Notes: generated from the letters alone by a model not told the origin. A stretch of 64,000 nt of DNA from Elusimicrobiota bacterium (GCA_016180815.1 JACPAN010000004.1:44358-108357), one strand, 5' to 3'. Shown: positions 28,065-37,940, counted from the stretch's first letter. A program made the numbers and translations.

Positions 28065-28139
28065 TGGTGCCCCCAACGAGATTCGAACTCGTCCTTCGGC
28101 CTTGAAAGGGCCGTGACCTAACCACTAGTCTATGGGGGC
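28065..28139 (-). tRNA. tRNA-Glu (anticodon UUC), CCA encoded
   Basis: The reverse complement GCCCCCATAGACTAGTGGTTAGGTCACGGCCCTTTCAAGGCCGAAGGACGAGTTCGAATCTCGTTGGGGGCACCA has anticodon loop CTTTCAA and terminal CCA. Confidence 0.85.
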
Positions 28140-28258
28140 GTTTCTGCAGGCGCTCATTATACGAAGCTTGCCGGCTGCGCATCCCTAGCCCGATAATTCC
28201 GCCTTGCTTTTCAATCAATCAGGGGATATACATGATAAAGAGGGGCCAAGGAGGTTCC

Positions 28259-28837
28259 ATGAAATTCAAATCCAAGATGCTGATCGCCTTTGCCGTTGCC
28301 GCCATGAGCGGCCTTGCGCATGGAGAGCTTTGTCCGGGCGATCCCCTGTGCAACGCGCTGGTTCGACCCGTTCAGCAACACCGCGAGGACTGCATGCAGG
28401 AAATTTATCGCGCGGAACAGACCTCCGGAAACACCGATTTCAGCATCGCAGCCGAAGGCAATATCATCGCCGAAATCATGGGCCAACGCATCCAGCAACG
28501 ATTCTCCGCTGAATACGGGCTGCCGCGACTTCAACGCGATCTTTATTCCGGCAGCCAATGGGGCACAATGGGGCCGAGGTTTGATCAGCAACGGTTGGCC
28601 GTGCGAGTCACCCATCCCGCCGAAGGACGCAACGAAGCTTATTATGACCGGCAATTCCATCGATGCTTCCAGCGCTCTTTAAGCCGATTCCAGCGTTCCT
28701 TTCGAACGCCGGCCTTTACTCTCGCGGAGGGCGGAGGCGCGGAGTATTATGAAATCATTCCCATCAACGCAACGAGAAGAGCGATCGGCAGAACCGAGTT
28801 CGATGAGGGGGAAATGGTCGCTGAAGAGGACGACTGA
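28259..28837 (+). CDS. Hypothetical secreted protein
   Basis: Signal peptide MKFKSKMLIAFAVAAMSGLAHG. Cys pair near the N-terminus. No domain recognised. Confidence 0.5.
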   Translation: MKFKSKMLIAFAVAAMSGLAHGELCPGDPLCNALVRPVQQHREDCMQEIYRAEQTSGNTDFSIAAEGNIIAEIMGQRIQQRFSAEYGLPRLQRDLYSGSQWGTMGPRFDQQRLAVRVTHPAEGRNEAYYDRQFHRCFQRSLSRFQRSFRTPAFTLAEGGGAEYYEIIPINATRRAIGRTEFDEGEMVAEEDD

Positions 28838-28845
28838 ACATCGGC

Positions 28846-29229
28846 GTGAAAATTTTGATCGCGGATGATGAGGTTCGGCAGCGCCAGCTCCTGGGATTGA
28901 TGCTGTCCAAATACGACTGCGCCATTGTCGAAGCCGGAACCGGGTTGGAAGCCGTGACCGCGGCCAAACGCGAACGGCCGGACTTGATCATCATGGACCA
29001 TCATATGCCTGAAATGCCGGGCTACGAAGCCATCAAGGAAATCCGGAAAGACCCGGCCATGGGGAAGGTTCCTTTCGTCATGGTGACCATCGATCCCCAT
29101 ATCCAGGGGCGCCAGGAAGAAGAGGCCTTGGAAGGCTGCGCGTATTTGCCGAAACCCTACAGCCAGGAACAGCTCTTAAGCACGATCAGCGTGGCGATCG
29201 GCAAAACCTTTCCCCTCATTAAACAGTAA
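28846..29229 (+). CDS. Single-domain response regulator (CheY-like receiver)
   Basis: GTG start. KILIADDEVRQRQLL...DLIIMDHHMPEMPGYEAIKEIRK...LPKPY shows the REC acidic pocket, the phospho-Asp and the conserved Lys. Confidence 0.8.
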   Translation: MKILIADDEVRQRQLLGLMLSKYDCAIVEAGTGLEAVTAAKRERPDLIIMDHHMPEMPGYEAIKEIRKDPAMGKVPFVMVTIDPHIQGRQEEEALEGCAYLPKPYSQEQLLSTISVAIGKTFPLIKQ

Positions 29230-29235
29230 GCCTCC

Positions 29236-30594
29236 CTACAACTTGGAGTCAATCAAACCCAATTGCCGTCCCATCCAATAGGCGATGAGGAAATCAACGC
29301 CGCTGTAACGATGAATCACGCCCTGGGTCTGATCAAGCTGATACGGATCGCGCTGCCAAATAATGTCCGTATTGGGGCGGCGCCAGACAGGCAGGGGCTG
29401 TTTGGCCCAGCGTCCGATTTTTTCAATCGACGAATCCGTTGAATTTTTGACAGACCCGGGCTTTTTGGGAAAGGCGAACTCCTGAAGCGTCTGAACGGCG
29501 ATCTTCAGGCGATGAGGCTCCATCGGGTAATACGTCCCGTAAACGAAACTAAAAAACGAATTGCCTTCCTTGCGAAATTTATGAAACAGCCGGTTAAAAT
29601 TTTTATCCAACAGCCGGCGCAACTCGGGATCGGACTCGGTCCCCAACAAAACGTAGTAAGCCATGAAAGCCAGGTGCTGATGGTATTCCTTGCCGTACCA
29701 AAGCAAATGAACCTCACCCCTGGCCGCGCCGCGCACGACCGCCGAACCTTGCATCAATTTCGCCTTTTCCCGGTCAAACAGAGGGTCGTCGGAAAGATAG
29801 TCCGCGAAACTTAAAATCGCGATCGTCGTCAAAACATTGGGCGTTCGGATCAGCCACCCCACGAAACGCTGATCCCCATATCGCGTCGCCGTGCCGTCGG
29901 CATTCCTGAGTTTGTAATCGTTGGCAATCAGGTTGCGGGTCAAATTTAAAAATAAATCTTTGGCCCGGGCCGAGATCTCGGGATTGCCGAATTTATAAGC
30001 GCAATAAAGCCCGAAGACATGGCCCGTCAAGGACGAACCGCTGGCGTCTTCGACCCAGTCATAAGGATCGCCTTGGCGTGAATAACGGTGCGGATGTGTG
30101 TCGCCTCCGGACGGATCGATGCCGCGCACCAAAAACGCGTTGCCGTAACCCGCCTGAAGCAACGCCTGGCCCTCCAGCGATTTGGCCAAATAGAGACGGT
30201 CTCTGGGGGAATGGGTCGCCGCGTATTTGAAAGCCCGAAACGCGGTGTGATAACCCTGCCAAATGGCCATGTCCCCCAAATCATTAGGGATCATGCTCCA
30301 AAAAAGCCGGTCGTCGTGTTTTAAAAAATCAGCCTTGATTTCCTCATCGAACAGCTTGGCTTTCCGATGCAAAGGCCTGGCATCTTTGATGTCCGGCGGT
30401 CGCGTGAATTCATCGAACGGCTCTCGCTTGTGCAGCGAATCGGCCAAGCGCATGGTCGCCAACTGAAATTCCCAGACAAAAGGCTTGAGCAAATCCCATG
30501 GGTACTCGACATGCCGGGACCTGGATTCGGCGGCGCCCAGGGGGCCGATAACGGCGGCCGGCAATAAAAGAATAAAACAGAATCTTCTCATCAC
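29236..30594 (-). CDS. Hypothetical secreted protein (452 aa)
   Basis: Signal peptide MMRRFCFILLLPAAVIGPLGAA. No confident domain; possibly an alpha/alpha-barrel glycosidase-like fold. Confidence 0.45.
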   Translation of the reverse strand: MMRRFCFILLLPAAVIGPLGAAESRSRHVEYPWDLLKPFVWEFQLATMRLADSLHKREPFDEFTRPPDIKDARPLHRKAKLFDEEIKADFLKHDDRLFWSMIPNDLGDMAIWQGYHTAFRAFKYAATHSPRDRLYLAKSLEGQALLQAGYGNAFLVRGIDPSGGDTHPHRYSRQGDPYDWVEDASGSSLTGHVFGLYCAYKFGNPEISARAKDLFLNLTRNLIANDYKLRNADGTATRYGDQRFVGWLIRTPNVLTTIAILSFADYLSDDPLFDREKAKLMQGSAVVRGAARGEVHLLWYGKEYHQHLAFMAYYVLLGTESDPELRRLLDKNFNRLFHKFRKEGNSFFSFVYGTYYPMEPHRLKIAVQTLQEFAFPKKPGSVKNSTDSSIEKIGRWAKQPLPVWRRPNTDIIWQRDPYQLDQTQGVIHRYSGVDFLIAYWMGRQLGLIDSKL

Positions 30595-30655
30595 ATGAAA
30601 ATTCTAACCTTTCCTGATGAGAGGCGGGGCGCCTAAAGAGACTTGAGCGCGATTC

Positions 30656-31936
30656 TTATCTCAGGTGTTCGGCATTAATCAAGCCGCGGCCCTGTTCTTC
30701 GGCGGAGAGCCCCGGCAAAGGAACCGCCGCCCGCATCAACGCGGCGCGTATGGCCGAAGGGGTCCTTGACCCTTTGGCAACGGCCAACACCGCCAAACCG
30801 GCCACATGGGGAGTGGCCATCGACGTTCCGGAGTAAGCGGCAATCCCGTTCTGCCTCACTGTTGAGGGGATTTTCACCCCGGGAGCGATGAAATCAACCT
30901 GGGGTCCGCGGCTTGAAAAGGCCGCGATCCCTTCTTCGGTCGTCAGGCAGAGCCTGGTTTCCGTAATCCCCTGCGGACAGAGCGCCGACACGGCGACGGC
31001 GGCATCATAAGCCGCCGGAAAATTGACCGCGCCGCCGTCATTGCCCGCGGCCGCCACCAAAGTCACGCCGCGCTGCACCATGGTATTAACGGCATATTCG
31101 AAAAAGAAATTGCCCTGAGGCGCGCCCAAGCTCATATTGGCGACGCTCATGCCGTTTTCCATGCACCACATCATGCCGTCGATGATGGACGTCAAAGAAC
31201 CGGAACCATCTGCGGACAACACCTTAACGGCGTAAAGCCGGGCCTGTGGGGCCACGCCCACGACGCCCTGGCCGTTTAACGCCGCGGCCACAATGCCCGC
31301 CACATGCGTGCCGTGGTTATGATCGTCCGTCCAAGACTCTTCCTTGTTGACGGCGTTATAACCGCCGGCCACATTGCCGGCTAAATCGGAATGCGAAGCG
31401 TCGATGCCCGTGTCCACGATCGCCACCTTGACGCCTGCGCCCTGATTGCTCGGCCAAGCGGCCGGCGCATTGACGCGGCGCACGCCCCATTGAACCTCCT
31501 GCGATTGTTTCTCACGGCGCGCGCTTTGACGGACTCGGGCAACGGCGCGGCTATCAAAGCTTTCCCGCAATGTTGTCATCTGCACTGCGACAGGATCGCT
31601 CAATAACCAATCGGTTTCAAAGTCGTTTTCGAAACGGCTGACTTTCGGGTGCCTTCTGAGATTGCCCTTGAAGGCATCTTTGTTCGGCAACGCGACTTCA
31701 GCGGCCACGGCGTTTAACGGCGGCCAATCGCGCAATACGGTTCCGCCGAGAGTTTCGATGATTTGCCGGCGCTCCGACGCCGAGGTCCCCGCTAGAAAAC
31801 CGATAATGAAACGGTGTTCTATGGTTTTGACGGGAGCGGCATGGATTTGGACCGAAGGAATAAGGATTGCGAACAGCGCGACGACGAAGATGAGGCCTTT
31901 CATCTGGCTCCTCCTTAACGTCTGCACTTTCTTCAA
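30656..31936 (-). CDS. Subtilisin-like serine protease (peptidase S8) with signal peptide and propeptide
   Basis: Catalytic triad blocks VAIVDTGID (Asp), HGTHVAGIVAA (His) and GTSMATPHVAGLAVL (Ser). Confidence 0.9.
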   Translation of the reverse strand: MKKVQTLRRSQMKGLIFVVALFAILIPSVQIHAAPVKTIEHRFIIGFLAGTSASERRQIIETLGGTVLRDWPPLNAVAAEVALPNKDAFKGNLRRHPKVSRFENDFETDWLLSDPVAVQMTTLRESFDSRAVARVRQSARREKQSQEVQWGVRRVNAPAAWPSNQGAGVKVAIVDTGIDASHSDLAGNVAGGYNAVNKEESWTDDHNHGTHVAGIVAAALNGQGVVGVAPQARLYAVKVLSADGSGSLTSIIDGMMWCMENGMSVANMSLGAPQGNFFFEYAVNTMVQRGVTLVAAAGNDGGAVNFPAAYDAAVAVSALCPQGITETRLCLTTEEGIAAFSSRGPQVDFIAPGVKIPSTVRQNGIAAYSGTSMATPHVAGLAVLAVAKGSRTPSAIRAALMRAAVPLPGLSAEEQGRGLINAEHLR

Positions 31937-31937
31937 A

Positions 31938-31968
31938 GGGACCTAAAGTCCCAAATTGAATTGGGACT
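31938..31968. terminator. Two overlapping hairpins (gggacctaaagtccc and agtcccaaattgaattgggact) after the MBL hydrolase gene
   Basis: Inverted repeats seen directly in the sequence between the 32014 stop and the 31936 start. Confidence 0.45.
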
Positions 31969-32013
31969 ATTGATACATATTTATTGATTATTGTCCAGAA
32001 CCGGAAAACGACG

Positions 32014-32871
32014 CTAAGCCTCTAGCGCTTCGGGAGGAACGATCACTTCGCGGCCGTCGGCTTCTTTTAAATAGCCGGCTCGTTGCTTCGGGTCATGCTG
32101 AAAAACCAACAGCCAGTCGCGCTCCTTGGCCTGAGCCAAAAGGCGACGCTTGGCATGAAGAGTGTCCAGCGGAAACAAATCGTAACCCATAATCCATGGC
32201 AAGGGCACATGGCTTCGCGTGGGGATCAAATCGCCGAGAAACAAAGCGCCTTGGCCTTGAGATTCCACCAAGGCGCATTGATGGCCGCGCGTGTGGCCGC
32301 CGCTTTTTAGAACCTTCAAGCCGGGCTCGATTTCAAACTCTCCGTCCACCAACTCAAGCTGTTTGGCCTCATCGACAGCCAAAAAATTTTCAGGCAGATA
32401 ACTGGCTTTGTTTCTTTCATGAGGGTGAGTCGCATCCTCCCACTCGGCTTTTTGAACGATATATTTGGCCTTAGGGAAGGCGGGTTTGACGCGGCCGTTT
32501 TCGCGCAACGTATTGCCCCCGCAATGATCGAAATGCAGATGGGTATTGATCACCAAATCGATGTCTTCGGGCTCCAGGCCCCGCTCTTTAAGGGCATGAA
32601 AAAGAGTCCGCTCGCGGCGCACGTCGAACATTCTGAGGAACTTGGGATCGCTCTCGTACTTCGATGAGAGCCCGGTGTCCACCAACACATGATGACCGCG
32701 CGGGGTTTTCATCAACAGGCAGCCCAAGGCCAACTCGATTCTGTTGCGGTCATCAGACGGGTTTGATTGATCCCAAAGAACCTTGGGCACGACGCCGAAC
32801 ATGGCGCCTCCGTCCAAACGAAAAAAGCCGTCCGATACCGAATGAAGCTCGAAATCGCCGATCTTGAGCAT
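32014..32871 (-). CDS. MBL-fold metallo-hydrolase carrying the AHL-lactonase-type HLHFDH motif
   Basis: THLHFDHCGG matches the AiiA-type H-x-H-x-D-H dinuclear zinc motif. Downstream residues GGHTRGH complete the site. Confidence 0.75.
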   Translation of the reverse strand: MLKIGDFELHSVSDGFFRLDGGAMFGVVPKVLWDQSNPSDDRNRIELALGCLLMKTPRGHHVLVDTGLSSKYESDPKFLRMFDVRRERTLFHALKERGLEPEDIDLVINTHLHFDHCGGNTLRENGRVKPAFPKAKYIVQKAEWEDATHPHERNKASYLPENFLAVDEAKQLELVDGEFEIEPGLKVLKSGGHTRGHQCALVESQGQGALFLGDLIPTRSHVPLPWIMGYDLFPLDTLHAKRRLLAQAKERDWLLVFQHDPKQRAGYLKEADGREVIVPPEALEA

Positions 32872-32875
32872 GGAT

Positions 32876-33613
32876 TTATGCTACCAGTTTCACGAGTAAA
32901 AGCGCGGCGATGATCAACAACAGAGGGGTTAAAAAACGCTCGGCGTGATCGATGGCCAAACGCGCGCCAAGGAAGGCGCCGCCGGCGAGGGTTACGGCGA
33001 ATACGCTTCCCAAACGCCAATCCACGTAACCTTGCCAAGCGTAACTCGATAAAGAAAGTACGGCCGAGGAAAAATTGGCGATTTTAGCCGCGGCCATGGA
33101 ACCTACCAGCCCCAACGGCGTGGTCCATAGAAGAACCAAAAACATAAACGTACCGCCGCCGGGACCCCAGGCCCCGTCATAAAAACCAACGGCAAAACCC
33201 AGTCCCAGGGACAACGTCGACACGGCGCCGTTGCTTTTGCCCGCTCGCGACGACGGCGCGTTGAGCGCCTTATTTTTAAGCAAGAGCGTGGCCGCGCACA
33301 ACGCGGCGCCCAGCCACAACAATACAGGATAAAAGGGAACGAGCAAGCGAGGAGAGACCGAAGCGCCGCAGAATGCGCCCAATCCGACCGAAACCGCGAA
33401 ACGAATGGCCGGACCCCAGGCCATGCGGCGTTTGACGCCGTAAACCGTGATGGCGGCCAGGGTCGCGGCCGCGGCGCCGATTTTATTGGTGCCGATGGCC
33501 CACGGGGAAACGCCCAGGTGCAGCATCAAGGCGGGCACGGTGATCAAACCGCCGCCGCCGATCACTGAATCGATAAATCCAGCCAAAACGCCGGCAGCCA
33601 ACAGCAAGGCCAT
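32876..33613 (-). CDS. TauE/SafE (DUF81) family anion exporter
   Basis: The GFIDSVIGGGGLITVPALM signature appears twice in a protein with 7-8 TM helices. Confidence 0.75.
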   Translation of the reverse strand: MALLLAAGVLAGFIDSVIGGGGLITVPALMLHLGVSPWAIGTNKIGAAAATLAAITVYGVKRRMAWGPAIRFAVSVGLGAFCGASVSPRLLVPFYPVLLWLGAALCAATLLLKNKALNAPSSRAGKSNGAVSTLSLGLGFAVGFYDGAWGPGGGTFMFLVLLWTTPLGLVGSMAAAKIANFSSAVLSLSSYAWQGYVDWRLGSVFAVTLAGGAFLGARLAIDHAERFLTPLLLIIAALLLVKLVA

Positions 33614-33682
33614 TTACGGGATAATGAACAGAGCTTTCAATCGCATATCAATTTCAGAGTTTAAGAAAATTTATGATCGAAT

Positions 33683-34537
33683 ATGACCATTAAGATTTTT
33701 TCCGATCTCAAAACCACCGCCTATGAATCGCCGGGGCATCCGGAAGCGCCCTGGCGCGTCGGCAAAACCCACGAACGCCTGAAAGCCGCCGGGCTGACCC
33801 CTCAATTGCCTGAAATCAAAGCCTCGGCAAACAACGTGCTGCTGGCGCACACCGACAAACACTGGAGAAACGTTCAAACGGGAAATTTCGAGGACGTGGA
33901 CACGCCTGATTTCCCCGGCATGGATCAAATCGCTCTGATTTCCCTTTCCGGCTGCTTGTCCGCGCTTAATTCCGCCCTGAATGGGACCCCTGCTTTTTCC
34001 CTGATGCGTCCACCCGGCCATCATGCCGCCCAAGAGCGCGTCGCCGGTTTCTGCTACGTCAACAACATGGCGGTCGCCTGCCGCAAGGCGCTCGGCGACG
34101 GGCTGCGCGTGGCGACCCTCGACATCGACGTGCATCACGGCGACGGAACCGAGGCCATCGCCATGGGAGAAAAAAATTGGCTTTTTGTTTCCCTGCATCA
34201 ATCCCCTCTTTATCCCGGCACAGGGCTTTCTTCGCGGTCCAATTGCGTCAATTTTCCCCTGCCGCCGTACACGAATGAACTCGCTTATCTTGAAGCGTTG
34301 GAAGCGGCCATCAAGCGCATCGGGGATTTTAAACCGGATCTTTTGGGCGTTTCCGCGGGTTTTGACACGTACAAGGAATGTCCGATCGCTCAATTCAAAC
34401 TCGAAAAGGAAACCTACGCAAAAATCGGCCGTCTGATCGCCGAAACGAAATGGCCGCGTTTTGCGACGCTGGAAGGCGGTTACGCCCCTGATCTGCCGGT
34501 TTTAATTGAAAATTTCATCAAGGGTTTCGACGGCTAA
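33683..34537 (+). CDS. Histone deacetylase / acetoin-utilisation AcuC / acetylpolyamine amidohydrolase family protein
   Basis: RPPGHHA, GFCYVNN, DIDVHHGDGT, SLHQSPLYPGTG and EGGY motifs of the arginase-deacetylase fold. The antisense ORF 33671..34393 is rejected. Confidence 0.85.
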   Translation: MTIKIFSDLKTTAYESPGHPEAPWRVGKTHERLKAAGLTPQLPEIKASANNVLLAHTDKHWRNVQTGNFEDVDTPDFPGMDQIALISLSGCLSALNSALNGTPAFSLMRPPGHHAAQERVAGFCYVNNMAVACRKALGDGLRVATLDIDVHHGDGTEAIAMGEKNWLFVSLHQSPLYPGTGLSSRSNCVNFPLPPYTNELAYLEALEAAIKRIGDFKPDLLGVSAGFDTYKECPIAQFKLEKETYAKIGRLIAETKWPRFATLEGGYAPDLPVLIENFIKGFDG

Positions 34538-35124
34538 AAAACTTCCAGGGGGAACAAAAGCGGCGCCTCGCCTTTCATTCCGTCGATTCGCCCCAAAACG
34601 CGGACCGGATGATCGGATTCAAGCGGCGGGATAGGCTCATGCTCCCGCCAAAAAACAGGCATTTGCTCATGACCCTGATAAAAATGCCCTTGTCCGTTGA
34701 GACGGACGATTTCCCACAACACCGCCTTGCCGATGAAGCTGTCGGGGCTGACGGTCACGTCTTCATAAGCCAATGGATTGTTTGCGGCCCAAATGCGGTA
34801 AGGCTCCAACGCGATCAGCCGGCTTTCCTGCTCAAAAAAAACTTCCGCCATTTTCGTCAGGCGCTCGGAATCGATACCCCAGGCCAAGGCCGCGCCGAGC
34901 AAGGCCGTCACGAGCCAGGGGCTTGGGCCCCGTTTTTTGGGAGCGAGAGCGGCCAATTCTTCGGCCTCGATCTCCTCTTGAGATTTGAGGCCTTGATCGG
35001 TGAGGATATAAACTGGGGGTTTTTCGTTAGGATCGTGCTGAGGAGACAACGCTTCAATGACCTTGAGTCTAAAGCTCAGCAAGCCACTTAAGAATACCGC
35101 GCGCCAAAAAAATCCCGCTGACAA
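34534..35124 (-). CDS. Hypothetical membrane-anchored protein
   Basis: ORF with an N-terminal hydrophobic segment. No domain recognised. Confidence 0.4.
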   Translation of the reverse strand: MSAGFFWRAVFLSGLLSFRLKVIEALSPQHDPNEKPPVYILTDQGLKSQEEIEAEELAALAPKKRGPSPWLVTALLGAALAWGIDSERLTKMAEVFFEQESRLIALEPYRIWAANNPLAYEDVTVSPDSFIGKAVLWEIVRLNGQGHFYQGHEQMPVFWREHEPIPPLESDHPVRVLGRIDGMKGEAPLLFPLEVF

Positions 35125-35527
35125 TGCCGCCGGCCAAACCGATTAAACCGCCGAGGATGCCCAAAGTAATGGCCAACCCCATCGATGACATGGCGCCGAA
35201 ACCCGCGCCCAAGTAAGCCAAGCCGCCGCCGGCGATGGCTCCTGAAGCCACGGCCGCCAAAACCACGATGGTTTTGGTTTTGGCGGTCTTGGACTTAATG
35301 GGCCTCGGAGGTTTCGTTGCCCGTATGTCAACGGACGAGGGGCGCTCCATCACCGTTGTCCGCGGCGAATCAGGAAGCTCCACAGGCCGCAAAACGCCTT
35401 CGGGATTCGCCGTTGAAGAGAAAAATTGATCGTTGAGAAATTGCCACCGGTTCAACGGGGCGTCTTCGGATGGAGCGGCTTGCGCGACGCTCCCGATTAA
35501 AAAAACGAAACAAACGGTTTTGTTCAT
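35069..35527 (-). CDS. Small secreted or membrane protein with a C-terminal glycine-zipper region
   Basis: Signal peptide MNKTVCFVFLIGSVAQA. C-terminus GAIAGGGLAYLGAGFGAMSSMGLAITLGILGGLIGLAGGIVSGIFLA. Confidence 0.5.
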   Translation of the reverse strand: MNKTVCFVFLIGSVAQAAPSEDAPLNRWQFLNDQFFSSTANPEGVLRPVELPDSPRTTVMERPSSVDIRATKPPRPIKSKTAKTKTIVVLAAVASGAIAGGGLAYLGAGFGAMSSMGLAITLGILGGLIGLAGGIVSGIFLARGILKWLAEL

Positions 35528-36288
35528 GGAGCCTCCAGATAATGAAGGTTAATCATGCCGTCAAGCGCCGCTTGCTGCAAACCGGCATGGGTCAAGCCGC
35601 GCACCGCCGCGATCTCCACGGCGACGCGGCCCTTGAATCTGTTGCGGATGGACTCGACCAAATCGAGAAAGTCTCCGTCGCCGCTGGCAATGGCCACGAC
35701 GTCGAGGCGATTAGCCTCCTCCATCACGTTTAAAGCCAGGCCCACGTCCCAGTTGCAGGTGAACTCCCCGGAAACTTTTTTAGCGGGCTCTTTTTCAAAC
35801 ACTTGATAACCCATGGCCTCCAAGCATCCGCGCAGCGTTTTATTGCGCACGATATAAGCCGATTTAAGGGCCAGCACACGAGCGCCGCCGGGCGCAGCGA
35901 TCAGGCGTTCCGCCTCCTCGAGCAAGCGCTCCATGGGCGGGTCTTGTTCAAAACGGTGCTTCCAGCAAAGACGGATATTTTCAAAATCTATGAATAGACC
36001 GGCTTTTTTAAGGCTTAAAAAATTATCCAAGCGCCGCTTTAATTCGCCGGTTTCGGTCCGGAGCCGTTCGTTTTCCCGGCGAAGCATTTCCGTCTGCGAA
36101 GCGCCGTCTTGTCCCTGTCGCTGGACCTCGGCGGCCAGCTCATGGACGCGCTTTGACTCGCGCTCGAATTTTTCTTTTTCCTTTTCGAGCGCCCGGCACC
36201 GCCGCTCCGATTCGTCAAGCTTGATATTCTTTTCTTTGATTTCCTTCGTTTTTTCTTCGAGCAGCCGCTCGATTTTCTTCTGTTCCAT
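35524..36288 (-). CDS. NYN-domain (LabA-like/PIN-like RNase fold) protein with an N-terminal coiled coil
   Basis: N-terminal ~100 aa of heptad-rich charged sequence (EKEKEKFERESKRVHELAAEVQRQ). C-terminal VVAIASGDGDFLDLVE is the NYN signature. Confidence 0.65.
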   Translation of the reverse strand: MEQKKIERLLEEKTKEIKEKNIKLDESERRCRALEKEKEKFERESKRVHELAAEVQRQGQDGASQTEMLRRENERLRTETGELKRRLDNFLSLKKAGLFIDFENIRLCWKHRFEQDPPMERLLEEAERLIAAPGGARVLALKSAYIVRNKTLRGCLEAMGYQVFEKEPAKKVSGEFTCNWDVGLALNVMEEANRLDVVAIASGDGDFLDLVESIRNRFKGRVAVEIAAVRGLTHAGLQQAALDGMINLHYLEAP

Positions 36289-36293
36289 AATTT

Positions 36294-37940
36294 TTAAGGC
36301 GCGACCGGTTCCCTCTCGATTTTTCGAAATAGGGGGCCGATCTCGCCGAACAAGCGTCCGGGCTCAAGCTTGGGGGCGCGCTCCCCCCAGTCTCCGGGAC
36401 CCAGCGGCTTGTCAAAGCCCAACATGGACCAGGCGCGGGTCGCGGAAAAAGGCAGGTAGGGATGAATGGCCACGGTCAAACAGCGGCAAAGATCCAACGC
36501 CGCATACGTCACGCTTTGGCAGCGCGCAGGGTCTTGTTTGGCCAATTTCCACGGCGCCTGGCCGTTGACATACTGATTGCCGGCCTGGGCCATGGCCAAA
36601 ATTTCGCGCAGTCCCTTTTTGAATTCGCAGGCTTCGATGGCTTGGCCGGCGGCCTCAAGATGACGCTTGGCGGCGGCCTCAAGCATCGCTTCATCGGGTC
36701 CAGGGATGGCCGACGGTTGAGGAATTTTGCCGAATGTCTTCTGGGCGAATAACAAAACACGGTTGATCAAATTGCCGACCGTCGACAGCAGCTCATCGTT
36801 ATTTTTTTGGATGAAATCATCCCAGGAAAAATTGGCATCCGACGCCTCCGGCATGATGGACGCCAGGTGATAGCGAATTTGATCGGGATCGAACGCCTCC
36901 AGGCACTCGGTCAAACTCGCGCCGATACCCCTGCTCTTGGAAAATTTCTCGCCGGATAACAGCAGGTACTCGTTGGCCGGGACATTGGTCGGAAGATTCA
37001 AGCCGCCCAACCCCAAAAGAATGGCCGGCCAGATAATCGTATGAAAAGGAATATTGTCCTTGCCGATAAAATAATAGGACTCTGCTTGGGGATTCGTCCA
37101 AAACTCTTCCCAGGCCTCCGGGGAACCCGAATCCTTGGCCCAGAATTGAGCCGCCGAAAGATACCCGATCACCGCCTCGAACCAAACATACAGGCATTTG
37201 CCGTCATGGCCGGGCAGGGGCACAGGCACGCCCCAATGAAGATCACGGGTGATCGGCCGGTCGTTCAATCCTTCTTTGATCCAATTTTGCGTGAAGCGCA
37301 GGACATTGGAACGCCAGCCTTTGCGGCTTTTTAAATAGTCCTCAAGTTTGGCGGATAAGGCCGGCAGCCTTAAATAATGAAGCCTGGTTTCCCGGAATTC
37401 GGGTCTGTTGCCGCAGAGCCGGCAGCGCGGACTTTTCAGGTCGGCAGGGTCCAAGGTTTTTCCGCAGCGATCGCATTGATCCCCGCGCGCGTCAGGCGCT
37501 TGACAATGGGGGCAGACGCCTTCCACGTAGCGATCCGGCAAAAAACGATTGCAGGCAACGCAAAAAAGGGCCTGCGAGGCCCTTTCAACGATTAATCCCT
37601 TCTCCAGAAGCGTTAAAAAAATCCGCTGGGCGACTTGTTTATGAAACGTATCTGTGGTGCGGAAATAGCATTCGATGTCCACGCCCAAACGCTTCAACGC
37701 GTTGTGATTTTCCGCATGAAAACGATTGACGATTTCCTGCGGAGTCTTTTTTTCCTTGTCCGCGGTGACCGTAATGGGCGTGCCGTGCTCGTCCGAACCC
37801 GACACCATAAGCACCCGATGACCCCGAAGGCGATGATAACGCCCGAAAATGTCGGCCGGCAGCCAGGTGCCGGCCACATGCCCCAAATGAAGCGCGCTGT
37901 TGGCATACGGCCAAGCCACGCCGATGAGAATCGTCCGCAT
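36294..37940 (-). CDS. metG: Methionine--tRNA ligase
   Basis: Class I HIGH motif WPYANSALHLGH, zinc knuckles CPHCQAPDARGDQCDRCG, and KFSKS (the KMSKS block). Start taken at MRTILIG. Confidence 0.9.
   Translation of the reverse strand: MRTILIGVAWPYANSALHLGHVAGTWLPADIFGRYHRLRGHRVLMVSGSDEHGTPITVTADKEKKTPQEIVNRFHAENHNALKRLGVDIECYFRTTDTFHKQVAQRIFLTLLEKGLIVERASQALFCVACNRFLPDRYVEGVCPHCQAPDARGDQCDRCGKTLDPADLKSPRCRLCGNRPEFRETRLHYLRLPALSAKLEDYLKSRKGWRSNVLRFTQNWIKEGLNDRPITRDLHWGVPVPLPGHDGKCLYVWFEAVIGYLSAAQFWAKDSGSPEAWEEFWTNPQAESYYFIGKDNIPFHTIIWPAILLGLGGLNLPTNVPANEYLLLSGEKFSKSRGIGASLTECLEAFDPDQIRYHLASIMPEASDANFSWDDFIQKNNDELLSTVGNLINRVLLFAQKTFGKIPQPSAIPGPDEAMLEAAAKRHLEAAGQAIEACEFKKGLREILAMAQAGNQYVNGQAPWKLAKQDPARCQSVTYAALDLCRCLTVAIHPYLPFSATRAWSMLGFDKPLGPGDWGERAPKLEPGRLFGEIGPLFRKIEREPVAP

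Noticed and set aside
33671-34393. 240-aa minus-strand ORF
   Set aside because: It is antisense to the HDAC-family gene, which has all catalytic motifs.
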